Shown here: one piece after another, positions 12,380 to 23,570 of the stretch
How the letters are laid out: every line of letters begins with the position of its first letter
How positions within the stretch are numbered: the first letter of the stretch is position 1
Origin: Vicugna vicugna
Taxonomy: Eukaryota
Length of the DNA: 64,000 bases
Direction: 5' to 3'
Assembly (NCBI GenBank): GCA_013265495.1
Contig: MU058636.1
Location: 5,305,741 to 5,369,740 of the forward strand
Notes under the pieces: generated by a model
Databases searched by the model: none
What the model was told of the DNA's origin: nothing
What the model saw: only the letters and a program-made list of their open reading frames with translations
Program-made: the position numbers and the translations under genes

Positions 12380-13927
12380 CCTCTCAATAAAGAATTGCAC
12401 ATTGCTGATAAGAGAAAACATTACATAAATGCATACAATACAAAAAAAGGGGAAAACACTCATTTAAGTTTCTTTTTCCTCCAACACCGATTGCTAAATT
12501 ATGATACCAATCTCTCCCTGAAACCAAACACAATAAATTATCTTCCTCTCTACAGCTGTTGAATTACAATAAAAAAAAACAACTTAAATTCATTGGCAAT
12601 TGGTTAAGGAAGTCAGTTTGCTTAGTCTCTACAATAATAAATAAGGTTGGGGTAAATGCATAGGTAGCTTGACTGGCTAATGAAGAAACATGGACTTAAC
12701 AAACTTGTTTCTATTGTCTAAAACTAATTGAAGAACACAGTTTTGGTCTTAATGTTAGTTTAAAACCCTGTCTTTCAGATTGCAAAAGTTTAATGAATTC
12801 TATCTTGAGAGTGTCCTACGTAGCAATATTAGAATTCCCTGAAGCTGTAATGGTCCAGGACTCTTGCATGACCATCATCTCCCTTTGTCTGGTGTCCAGA
12901 GTTAAAGTCAGTGCAATGCATTGGTAAGAAAATGCCAACTAACTGTGACCAAATAGGCCACTGGTCAAATAGAAGGACATTTAAGAACATTACGAAATGT
13001 ATCTATGAGAATGCAACAAGACACAGAGGCTCCCTTTGGCGGTGAATATGCAACGGAGGTTATTTTCAGCTCTAATCGGCAGGGAAACACAGGTTCTGTT
13101 TCAGTCACTCGCGCTGACTCCAGTGGTCCACCAGCGCCCGACATTTCACTGAAACGGCCCCTGCTGGCCCAGTGGCAACTGGTCAGCCAGCCTTGAATTT
13201 GGTAATGACTTCTCACCTGTGTCTTTGCTTTAAAGAGGACTAAATATTCTTTTCCTTGCTTTAATCAACACTCCACGCTCAGTTTTTGAATAACACAAAC
13301 TGACAACAGGCAAGACCCATTTAATGCTGTTGTCCTTTGGTTGGCTAATCTTTGGTTAAACATCAGGGCAGCCTACATATTTTCACACTTTGGTGTTGGC
13401 AGCAGATCCTGCTCAGCTTACAGGACAGCGGGGAGATGGGGCCCAGAGCAGCTTGGAAAGAACAATGGGGGAAGGGACTCGCCGAATCAGATGTGTTCCT
13501 CTTCAAAATACGCAGTTATATATAAAATGGTATTTTACATATATACAGTAAAGATGGAGATATACACACATATGTACATATGCTATACATACATGTATTT
13601 ACAGTTAAGAATATGCTTCTTAGAAGCCTTTAAATAGCAAATTAGGCAATGCACAAGGAATAATCCATTTAATTTTAAGTAACATAGATAAATGTTCTGA
13701 TTTTTAAAAATATATTAGTAGGGCTATAGCCATCTCCAGGAAGGCTAGAAAAGTTCTTGGAAATTCCTGCATCTTCAACATTCCGACTTCTCAGTGCTTC
13801 CATGTTTAAGCATAAACCTTGTCAATCAGTTTCTGTCTCCCTCTCGCCTTCTCAGGAGCACACGCTCTCCCACGAGTGTTTGCTTTCGCTTTCTCTTCCC
13901 TGAGTTTGATGTCACACTGGGGAAAAC

Positions 13928-14045
13928 TCAGATTTTCGTTTCTGGACCCTCAGCAATGAGAGGCTGAAAAGAGTTTCTAATCCTGGCAACTTCCGCTGCA
14001 CACAGGTGTCCAAAGCCTCTATTGTACCATTCTGGGGAGTGACCT
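13928..14045 (-). CDS. STARD13: STARD13 last coding exon (GHSPEWYNRGFGHLCAAEVARIRNSFQPLIAEGPETKI*)
   Basis: Translated by hand. Acceptor CCACAG|A; TGA stop at 13928-13930. Confidence 0.96.
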
Positions 14046-14737
14046 CTGTGGGGACAAAAATCAGAAAGGAAGTGGGAAAATCTTTTTCCAGATCACGACT
14101 TGTCATATTCGACAGGGCTGTGCTCGTGCCCTGCGTTCCCCTCGGGGCTGCTGCTCTGAGGGTCTGAGACCCTCATTCTGTCGTCAGGGGCCTTAAAATG
14201 CCTTTTCAGCCAAGTGCTCAGTCTCTCCTCCCAGCACTCACGGGTGCTTTAGGATGACAGCCTCTCAGGGGCCAGTCGGACTAAATTCTAGGAATTACCG
14301 AGAAAACTCAGTCCACATGCACCCAGAGCAAGAACTCGGTTCAGCATCACGAATGCCCCGAGGGAGCTGGATTTAGGTTAGTTTCTTCCCAAAGGAGGGC
14401 CACTGGAGGGAGCAGCCAAGGGGGACAGGCTGAAGAGAAACACGAGCAGGGGGGACTCGGATTCACCGAGTATCTACTACGTGCTGGAGTTTGCTCTGTC
14501 CTGGAAGCACAGAAATACAAGTGGGGACAAACTGGAGATGCTTCAAGATGAGCAAAGGGCTGCAGGAGAGCGCCAGCATTTTAGCAAGGGTGGAAGGAGG
14601 AAAAGCAGGGGAGGCCCACAGTCGTCTCTGGAAGTGTGATAATGGCAGTGAGGGGAAGGGCCGTGACGGAAGGAATCGGATGACGAACAGGAGCTGAGCC
14701 TCGGAGCCGCGCCTGTCACCCGGGAGCGCACACCCAC

Positions 14738-14914
14738 CTCAGGTCCACCCTGCAGATGTGGGTCAGCCGCGACTTGCCGGAGCCACACGGCTCTATTAAG
14801 TACTGAGAGTCCATCACCACAGCCCGCACACCGCCCATGAGCTGGGCGTCCTCGTGCTCCACGGAGAGGGACACCAGGGTGCACGTTCCTTTGGGCAAAT
14901 CAGTCTTCCAGGTC
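14738..14914 (-). CDS. STARD13: STARD13 exon 13 (177 bp; TWKTDLPKG...THICRVDLR, START domain)
   Basis: Within ORF 14716..14928. Acceptor CTGCAG|G, donor GAG|GTGGGT. Confidence 0.96.
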
Positions 14915-17871
14915 CTGCAGCAAAACAAACCCGCACCTCAGAATTACGGCCGAGAGAGAAAGAAGACCTTGAGCGCAGCACTGAGGTTTACACTTGCATT
15001 TTCCTGCTCAAATTCCAGGCCCAGTTACTTGGATTAAGCTAATGGTTTCCATAAGTGTGTGTAACGTTTATACAGCGCAGTTCAAAGCAAGGGCCTCGGC
15101 CCTCCGCCCCAGAGGTCAGAAGTGGTCTTGCAGCTTTCAGATCTGCCTTTGGAATCCCCAAGGGAGTCTGCAGACGCTCCTGCCCACCATCGAAGGGCTG
15201 GCCTTACCCTTTGGGATTAGGACCCGTTCATTTAATTCATTCGGCAAACATCTACCGGATGTGCAAGCTCTGAGACGACGCTAAGGACACAAAGACCTCC
15301 AGCCCAGGATGAGAACGGACCCACAGAGAGAACCCTAAAACACTGTGGCAAGTGCAGTGATATGGCCGTGCACGGAGCACTCCTGCTCTGAGAGCATGTG
15401 GAATGGAAAGGGAGGCGTACAGGGGAAGGCTTCCTGGAGGAGGTGATGCTCAACCCACGTCTGAAAGGATAAATGAACTGGTGATGCTTAGCTTGAAGAA
15501 AACTAGACACAGTTAATTGCCTTCAAGTCCCTGAGTGGCTCTGGAGTGGGAGAAGAAATAAATACAGTTGATTTGATGCTCAAAAGGAGAGATACAAAGG
15601 CATGTTTCAACTCAGTGCAGAAAACAGCTGTCTCACGATGTGCATTCTTCAGAAATGGAGTGGGCTATGGGGCTAGGGAGTTCACTGTTACTGGAGCTAT
15701 TCAAGCATAGGGGGCTACCACCTGCGAAGAGGTTGTAGATGGGAGTCAGGAACCACGTGAGCACCTCTGTAACAGTGACTTCTACCATAGGATAGGTTGG
15801 ATGATTATAACCTCAGCTGTTTGTGTCACGGGTCCCACCCCCGTGCTTCGTAACCTCATCTAGCACCTCGTCCTGTCCTTGCACCAGAAGGAGAAACTAT
15901 TACCTGGAATTTGGGAATAAGCAAGCCCTACACAAATGCGAAGCAACCTCTCCGTGAGTGAGACCATTCTCTTTCCACGCGGGTGCTGTGACTAACAATG
16001 AAGACTGAAGACTGTACAGATTTGTGGGGATAGAAGGGAAAAGACTTCAGTGACTATCACTGGAAGTTCCTGAGGAACTAGAGAAAGGGATAAAGTGAGA
16101 TGTAAACACAGTACTGCTAAGAGGAGACCAGCCATGTGTGCGCTGGCCTAGATGGGGAGACGCTCTGAAGACAGGAAGTACCTCAGCCTGTGACTTCCTC
16201 TCCTACCTGTCACTTTCTGCCTTTTATATCATAATCACAAGGAATTCCTTTTGCAGGAAACATGACTGGTTCATTATTAATCCTCCTAAGTGCTGAGTTC
16301 TTCTCCCTCGGCACCTCATGGTCCACCCACCTTGTCCTTCAAGTCTTGGCTCAAATATCAATGCAGTGAGACTCTGCTCTGACTACTGTATTTTAAATTC
16401 CTCCCCTTACTATCCCTCTGTCTTACTTAAATCACGCCAAGATAAATAATCCTATCTGCCTTACTTATTATTTATTGACTCTCTCTCCCTGATAAAGGAG
16501 CAGCCTGGAGAGAGCAGGCTTGCGGTCTGCGCTGTTCCCTGGGTATTCCTGGAGCCTCTGAAGGTGCCTGGCGCCCGGCAGTGATGGGAAGATCCACGAG
16601 AAACAGCAGGCGGGCGGCACTGCAGGATGAATGGAAGGAGGGCGGGTCCGTGCTTGGACTCTGGCCCTCAGCCTCCCCTAAGGTGAGGGGAGAGGCGGGC
16701 TATGGCGTGGCCCCACCCCCACGGTGGCCATGCTAGAACTATTCAATTTTCTTGCAGGAGTGAAGGTGGAAAGTTTAACTTCCAGGATATGACTAATGTC
16801 TCAGTAACCGTGGTAATAAGCCACCCTTACAGCCACCCACACTGTCCACCAGGATCCCAAGGTTGCTAAGATAAACACATATATTTAGGGAAAAAATGAC
16901 GCTTAAAATTCAAGGTCCTAAGGACCAATTCCAAAGGCATAACTAGCCCATGTGAAAAGTAACCTTTAGTTTCCCATCAAGACTAGTTTGATAAAGGAAC
17001 TATTTTAAATATGCATTTGGGAATTTCCCGAGTGATTCCTTCTATACTGCTCATCTATGAGAAGAGACAGTATTCACCATCAATTATCAATAACAAAGGA
17101 CTATTGAGTTAATTATATTTCTTGGGGTTTGTTAGTGTCCTCAACCCCTGTTCTTTCTGATTCAACACCGATGCACCAGCCCATGCCCAGCGCTCTACTG
17201 CGCAAGCTTCCTGCTGCCGGTGGAGCATCTAATTCCGAACCCCGAGAGCAGGGGTCCCGAACGCAGCCCAGAAATCTATGAGAAGCAACATTTCAACAGT
17301 AGACACAGGACTCACAAGCCCTGTCAGGCCCTGAACTCCTTCTGGACATCCAGGCGTGCCAGCGTAGCGGGCCCTCCAGGGCTGTGCTGAGGTTTCCGTG
17401 CGTGGAAGTGAGTTATGAACACTTGAAGTCACACAGATGGATTTTGAAGTTACGCACACTCCAGACTGAGAGTGACACAACGGAGGCCTTGCTTTCCAAG
17501 GGGGAGAAAGGCAAAATCAGGAGAAAAGCCAGTCAGATTCAATGTGCGTAATCTGGCAGAAAGTACAACTGGACAAACCGCGGCTACTGTCGGGACTCTG
17601 TTCGGAGGAAACGAACGGTATTCGGGGCCCGATAAACCGTGCACTCCGTGATGAAAGAGGCCACGAGCGAGCCGGCAGGGCTGTGCGCTGATGAGAGAAG
17701 CCGCGAGTCGGGCGCAGACACGGCAAGCGAAAGTTGTCACGCTGGGAAGTGAGGGCCGGCTGCGTGCTCCCCGGCGGCTGGGCCCGGGTGGGAGAACTCT
17801 GAAATGCTTCAGCCGGCCGCTCTTCTCCTGCTTTCGGAACAGAACGTCTTAAACCCCGGAGCCAGGCTTAC

Positions 17872-18089
17872 CTGAGGACCACGAAGTCTCTGGAGGGATG
17901 GGGCGCCATGCTGTTCACCACGTACTGATAGATTTCTGTCTGCTGGTCCAGAGTCTCCACCACCTTCCACTGCACAAAATCCTCATCCCACAGGTGGCGC
18001 TCTCTCAGCACGCGATTCAAAACCACCGAGGGGGGTGCCTCCACCTCCACAGCCGCCTTCCACAGCTTCAGCGGGGGCCCGTCTCCCAC
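17872..18089 (-). CDS. STARD13: STARD13 exon 12 (218 bp; VGDGPPLKLWK...RDFVVLR, START domain)
   Basis: ORF 17868..18089. Acceptor CCCGAG|GTG, donor CAG|GTAAGC. Confidence 0.95.
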
Positions 18090-18617
18090 CTCGGGAAAGA
18101 CAGCAGCAAAGGCTGAAGGGGTCGGTCACTGGTTCTGACAAAAACCAACCGTTCTCCACTGGGCATTCAAAAAACACCGCTGATTATGTAGCTTGAAGTC
18201 ATGGCTCTGCATGCCTCAGTTTTAAAACATTCATCCTTAAGCTTAAAAGAAGGATGATAATAAAAATGATAACCAACACACACAGGGCTTCCTGTGTGGC
18301 CGGCACTGTTCCTACCCCTCTGATTTTTAAATAGCCCTCCTCTGACAGTGGTACTATGATTATGTCCATCATGCCAATGAGCAAACAGAGGCACAGAGAG
18401 GCGTGTGACTGACCCAACGTCACACAGCTAAGGGACAGGGCCAGGCCTGGGATCCAGCAGTCTGGTTCCCCAGTCTGCAATCAGACTCCAGAGTGGTCTT
18501 GGACTGATTCATGTGTGAGCCAAGCCTCGAGGACAGAGCAGCCTTCTTCAAAGCAAAACAAATCCCTGGTTGTGAGACTTGGCTCTTAGAAGGTTGAATC
18601 CCAAGCCCTGAGATTAC

Positions 18618-18839
18618 CTTTTTGAAAGCAAGATCGGTGTTGTCTGCACTGGAACACGTGACCCAGCCTTTGAACTTCTCCTTGGCTTCCTTCTGGAGGC
18701 CCTGGACGAGCTGTTCCAGGTATGTGTGGAAAGTGGCCCCACTCTCCTCCAGCTGGGCCCCCAGGTCTTCCAGAGTTGGAGGATGGATCTCAGCCTCCAC
18801 ATACGAGTTATGAGACTGGGCCACCATCTCAAGCGGGAC
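18618..18839 (-). CDS. STARD13: STARD13 exon 11 (222 bp; VPLEMVAQS...DLAFKK, start of START domain)
   Basis: Within ORF 18420..18929. Acceptor GTTCAG|GTC, donor AAG|GTAATC. Confidence 0.96.
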
Positions 18840-19703
18840 CTGAACCAATGGATGCACGGAAGAGCGAAGCACTGAGCTAAGAAACGCCAAGACTAACAGA
18901 GAGAGCAAAGTAACCTCGTGGAAAACCACTGATGGGCAATGGGCCGAGTGCCGCGGGGCAAGAGATGTTTATCTAAGATCAGTGACAAGGGGGTTGGGGA
19001 GGCCTTCCTAAAGTCAGGAAACACAAATCTGTTTGAGGCTATATTTATTATTCAAAACATTGCCAGGACTGCCCATTCATTCTTTCCATTTTCCTTTGAT
19101 TTTACTTGTAAGGTACTTTTATTCAGTTTGGCAAAACCTGGGCTCAGGAAACTGAGAGTGCACAGACTTAAGGGAAACCTCAAATATGACTTAGAAATAG
19201 CTTTACCTTTTTAGCACACTTCTCCCATTTGCAAATGCCAATTTTGCTACAAAAAGTTTGCCAGCAGTCTAGTTCACTTGTTTCTTTAGCATATCTGTGG
19301 CTGTGTTCATAAGCTGTCATTGATTCTGAGTTAACAGTGATGCCCAGTATCACTCACACACATACACACACACACACACAGATGCTGATTCTAATCAAGT
19401 CCCGAGGTCACATGAAATATAACATAGGTGTCCGGCTGGCCTGGGACCTGGCACCTGAGGTTGAGGTACCTGTTTTCATAAACACCATCAACATGACAAA
19501 CCCCAGAGTCTTTAACTGTCAAAGCCTCAGTTATGCAGCTAGCTCCCCACGTTTCTGGGCGGCAAAGACCAGATCTGTGGCGGGTACCAGTGTCAATATA
19601 GAATCGAGAACAAACAGAAATAAGCCCTAAGCGTAGCAACCATTCCGAGCGTCTCACCGAGTTCCAAGAGCTGTGAGGAAGGCAGTCGGAGTCTTTCACT
19701 CAC

Positions 19704-19818
19704 CTCAAAAAGTCTGTCGCATTCCATGATCATGTGGGCCAGCCCCTGAGCTGCGGCCAGATTCTCACTGAGGTCCTTTTGATCCGGCTTCCCGGTGGCG
19801 TATTTCTTCTGGATGACT
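19704..19818 (-). CDS. STARD13: STARD13 exon 10 (115 bp; VIQKKYATGKPDQKDL...CDRLFE)
   Basis: Within ORF 19593..19883. Acceptor TTCCAG|A, donor GAG|GTGAGT. Confidence 0.96.
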
Positions 19819-20444
19819 CTGGAATTGAAGGGGAGAGTCCTCAGTGGAGCCCAAATCCAAGAGCTTCTCACAGTACAGAGCACATCCCTTTGCTATGTCT
19901 TTATGCCCAGACGCCCCCCCTCCCCCGCCCCCCGATCCCAGACTTTCTCATTTCCAAATAAAAACAGTGACCACACATCTTAGATATCCTGAGTCAGGCT
20001 GGGAGTCTGACAGCCCATGATGAAAAGCCTTGGAAAAATACAAGGGCAGGCATAACTGCTGGGGGAGAAACTAACCTATTTTTCCCAAGTTTGAAACCAC
20101 TTCACTGCAAGCTGCTGTGCTTGGGCCTTAAATCTAGCCTTTAACAAAAAAATTAAAGATTGTAAAATACTACTTCGTGTACTCTCTCCCTCCTTTCTGT
20201 GAACATACACAAAACAAAACAAAACAAAATTCCAGGTGTTCTGGATCACCAAGGCCATTCCTCAGTGTTACTGTGATAGCTCCATGACTCTGAGCCACAA
20301 CAATTAGGTGGCCTCCAAACATTTTCTGACTATAAAGCACGTGCTGATACATCCTCAAGTTGAAATCCGACAGGAGAAGTTTTTGCTCAGTCACTGTGGG
20401 GAACACCTGGTTTAGGATTAGTGCGCCTGCTCAGAAAAACCCAC

Positions 20445-20655
20445 CTGGGGGAGCTTTCCTTCTTCAGTAAATTCAGATGGAAGAGGGAGGGGGCCAGACA
20501 CACAGCCAGGTTCATGGACGTCATCTGGTTCTCCTCCACCGCGCTGGCCACGTCGTGGAGGAAGCACAGCAGCGTCTGCAGCACCTCCCGGCTCTCGTCC
20601 GCCAGCAGCAGGACGGCCGCCTGCGCTGCCTGCAGCCGCTGCTCTCTGGGGACAT
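20445..20655 (-). CDS. STARD13: STARD13 exon 9 (211 bp; VPREQRLQA...NQMTSMNLAVCLAPSLFHLNLLKKESSPR)
   Basis: Acceptor CCGCAG|AT, donor CAG|GTGGGT; C-terminal RhoGAP motif. Confidence 0.96.
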
Positions 20656-21596
20656 CTGCGGAACAGGGGGGGCCCGGCTATGAGAGGAGCCAGCAGGAGG
20701 GAGCGAGCCAGCGCCCCTTCCCGGGGACACACTCACGGGCGTCGTCATCGTCGCCAGTGAGGACGACGCCAGCTAACGGTGCAGAGACGCCCCTGCTTCT
20801 CTGCGGGGCGGGAGCCCCAGGGCCTAACTCCAGAGCCCCGAGTCCCAACGACGAGGCAGGACTTGGCAAGGAGCACCCTGTGCTGGCTTTTCTTACTCCC
20901 GTAGAGCAATCCACCTCCTCACCTGCTTTCAAACCTCTTGCCCTCCCCAGGCTGCCCCGGGCTCGGAGGAGAGGAGCCAGTTCCCCTTGGGGGCGTCCCT
21001 GCGGGGGCGCTGGGCGCTGGCCGTGCTGGCTTGAGAGGGAACTGGCCCCAAGAACGAGGTGAATGAAATGGAAAAACCATAGAAAAATGGGTGCTCCGTG
21101 TTGCATTTTGCTGCCTCCCGGTTGTGTTTGTTCGTGATCTTTTAGGCCTGACTCACTACCCTGATTCCTCTCACCCTGAAAGACAGTCAGGAGCTCACTC
21201 AGGTGATCCCTGTGGTCTTTCTTCAAACACCAGGTTCCAGCGCAGGCCTCTCAGGGATCTGTGCTCCGAAGGGTGTGGGAAGCAGCTCTTAGAGAGTGTA
21301 ATGGTGCTTATGTTTTCTCTCCTGCTTTAAAAATACTGATTGGATGTGTTTTATGATGTGCACAGTATATCACAATGTATTTATATTATTAAAAGTGAGT
21401 GAGTATGCACGCTCAGATCCCCCCTGCTGGTAGGGGTGCCTGATAAAAAGCTGTGGCGTCTGCTGCTCCAGGGCTGTGGCGTGGCCCCTGCCCAAGCCCC
21501 GTCCCTCTCGCCACTGTACGTCCCGGGGCCGGGCGCACTCCTGGCCCCAGTCAGCCAGCAAATCCCAATTCTGGAAAAGCCTGACCATGAGCTGAG

Positions 21597-22028
21597 CGTT
21601 CTGGCCAGAGGTTTGTCAATTTTGTTTACTCTTTCAAAAAAATAGCTCTTGGTTTGATTGATTTTTTTTCTATTTAAAAAAAAAAATCTCTATTTTACTT
21701 GTTTCCTCCCTGATCTTTATTCTTTCTTTCTTCCTGCTGACTCTAGGTTTTGTTTGTTCTTTTTCTAGTTCTCTTAGATGGTGGGTTAGGTTGTCTATTT
21801 GCGATTGCTCTTATTTTCTGAGGAAGGCCTGTAACACTATGAGCTTCCCTCTTAGGACTGCTTTTGCTGCATCCTGTAGATTTTGTGTGGTTGTGTTTTC
21901 ATTGCCATTTGTCTTAAGGTATTTTTAAATTTCTTCTTTGATTTCATCGTTGACCCATTGGTTTTTTAGAAGCATGTTGTTTAGTTTCCAAGCAGTGGTT
22001 TTTTTTCTCGTTTTTCTTTCTGTGGTTG
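21597..22028 (-). mobile_element. Relatively young LINE-1 ORF2 internal fragment (region just after the endonuclease domain)
   Basis: Encodes WKLNNMLLKNQWVNDEIKEEI, a typical L1 ORF2p segment. Confidence 0.9.
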
Positions 22029-23199
22029 ACAGAGTGCTCTGGAACCCATCCCCGCCCCCACCGCATCCACTGTGTACTGGCACAAGACAGACCTGGGGTT
22101 GGCAGAGAAGAGCCATTTTGTTCAAATGATCAAGAAACCTTTTTCTTTTTTCTTGCTTGTGCTGAAGCAGAAGCAGATACTATTAATGACTTCGAGCTTG
22201 TCATTGAAGTGTCATAAATTCAGCTTGAGCCCTGGAACTGCTTTTAAATAAGCTACTTCAGGTAAGATGTCCAGTGCATGCATCGTTTAGCTTTAGACTG
22301 CCGACCTTCTCTTCCGTGCCAACATTTTCTCATGACTGCATGTTGTCTCAGCTTCCTTCTACTCACTCTTTTGTTTATCCCTCAGGAAATACCTTCTGTC
22401 CATTATTTTCTACTGAACATGCTTGCGAAGGTCCAGTAGTTCATCCCCAAATCCAGCATGCCTATTGGATCCTATCCTCTGGGACCCTTCTGTGACACAT
22501 GGCACTCCTGTGGTTCCAGCCTCTTCCTTGGCTCGCAGGAGACTGTTCTAGAGCTGCATTTCTAAGTGTGGATGATTGTCCACCATGAGGGTGGCTAGCA
22601 GCATGTCCAGTCTCCTCCCTGCCTCCAAATCAGCTTCCTTCCCTCTTCCTTTCTGAATTCTCCCAGCCATCAGGCCTTAAAACTACATCTTTGATCATTC
22701 CAACCTTCTCTTTCTGGTAGACCAGTGGGTTTCATATATGCTCATCATCCATCCAACACTCTGATGATAGTCCCAGAAGCAACACAGCTACAGCAGACCT
22801 GCTCGGGAGAACTGTCCGTCTTGTCCCCACAGTCATTTGGAAACTGACTCCGGGTCTATCCATGGAATGAATATCTCCAGCCTTGCTGCTGGAAGTCACA
22901 GCCGGTGACCCAGAGCCTCAGTGAGGGTGCTGCCTCCCTAACCTTCCACTCTCGTCCAGGCCAGCACCTCAGACACCACGTCCAGATTCACGTCAAATAA
23001 GCACTTCTGGTGGATGTTCACCCTGGGGGACCAGCTTGGCTGCCTAGGGAAGACCTACTCTCTGCTGCTTCCTCTGTAAGAAAACCCACGTGCAGGTCAG
23101 TTTGGGCTGTAGTGTGCTCAGGGAAGTTGAGCCCTTCCCTCAAGCCCAAGGGATAACCATGTCAGCCTGAACCAAAAAGGGTAATCCCGTTGCTCTTTC

Positions 23200-23570
23200 C
23201 AGTGATCGATTTAGGGGAGAAAGTGTAAAATTTCTGGTGTATGGGACCAAGACATACGCTAGGCCCGTCTGTAAATTTATCTCCCTGATAATAAGAGGTA
23301 TATGCTCGAGGAGAACCCTTCTGCCCACCTCTTGCCTTTGAATGTGATTTTGGGAAGACATGATAACGATACGTGTGGCGATCATATTGTGACCTTAAGG
23401 CGATAACCGAGGGAGGCTGACTTCAGCCAGGCCCACTGAATTAACTGACTCTGCAATTATTTAACTCCAGATTTCTTGTCATGTACAACTGTATAATATC
23501 TTTATTATTTCAACAACTGTTTGTTGGATTTTTGGTTCTGTCTTTACAACCGAGAGCATTGTAACTGGTA
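23200..23570 (+). mobile_element. Old MLT1-type (ERVL-MaLR) LTR fragment
   Basis: CCAGATTTCTTGTCATGT...CAACTGTTTGTTGGATTTT...TTACAACCGAGAGCAT resembles the MLT1J/K 3' end. Confidence 0.5.

Larger units (their letters stand above)
11540..13927 (-). other. STARD13: STARD13 3'UTR (about 2.4 kb)
   Basis: Follows the stop codon, is AT-rich and ends at a poly(A)-signal cluster with a downstream U-rich tract. The end point is inferred. Confidence 0.75.

Noticed and set aside
17648..17691. C/D-box-like GTGATGA...CTGA
   Set aside because: It is only about 45 nt, antisense to the host gene, and lacks a terminal stem.
17685..17745. Hammerhead-ribozyme-like words CTGATGAG...CGAAA...GTC
   Set aside because: Stem II pairs at only one base next to the core, and I could not build stems I and III around a UH cleavage site. 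A covariance-model search would settle it.
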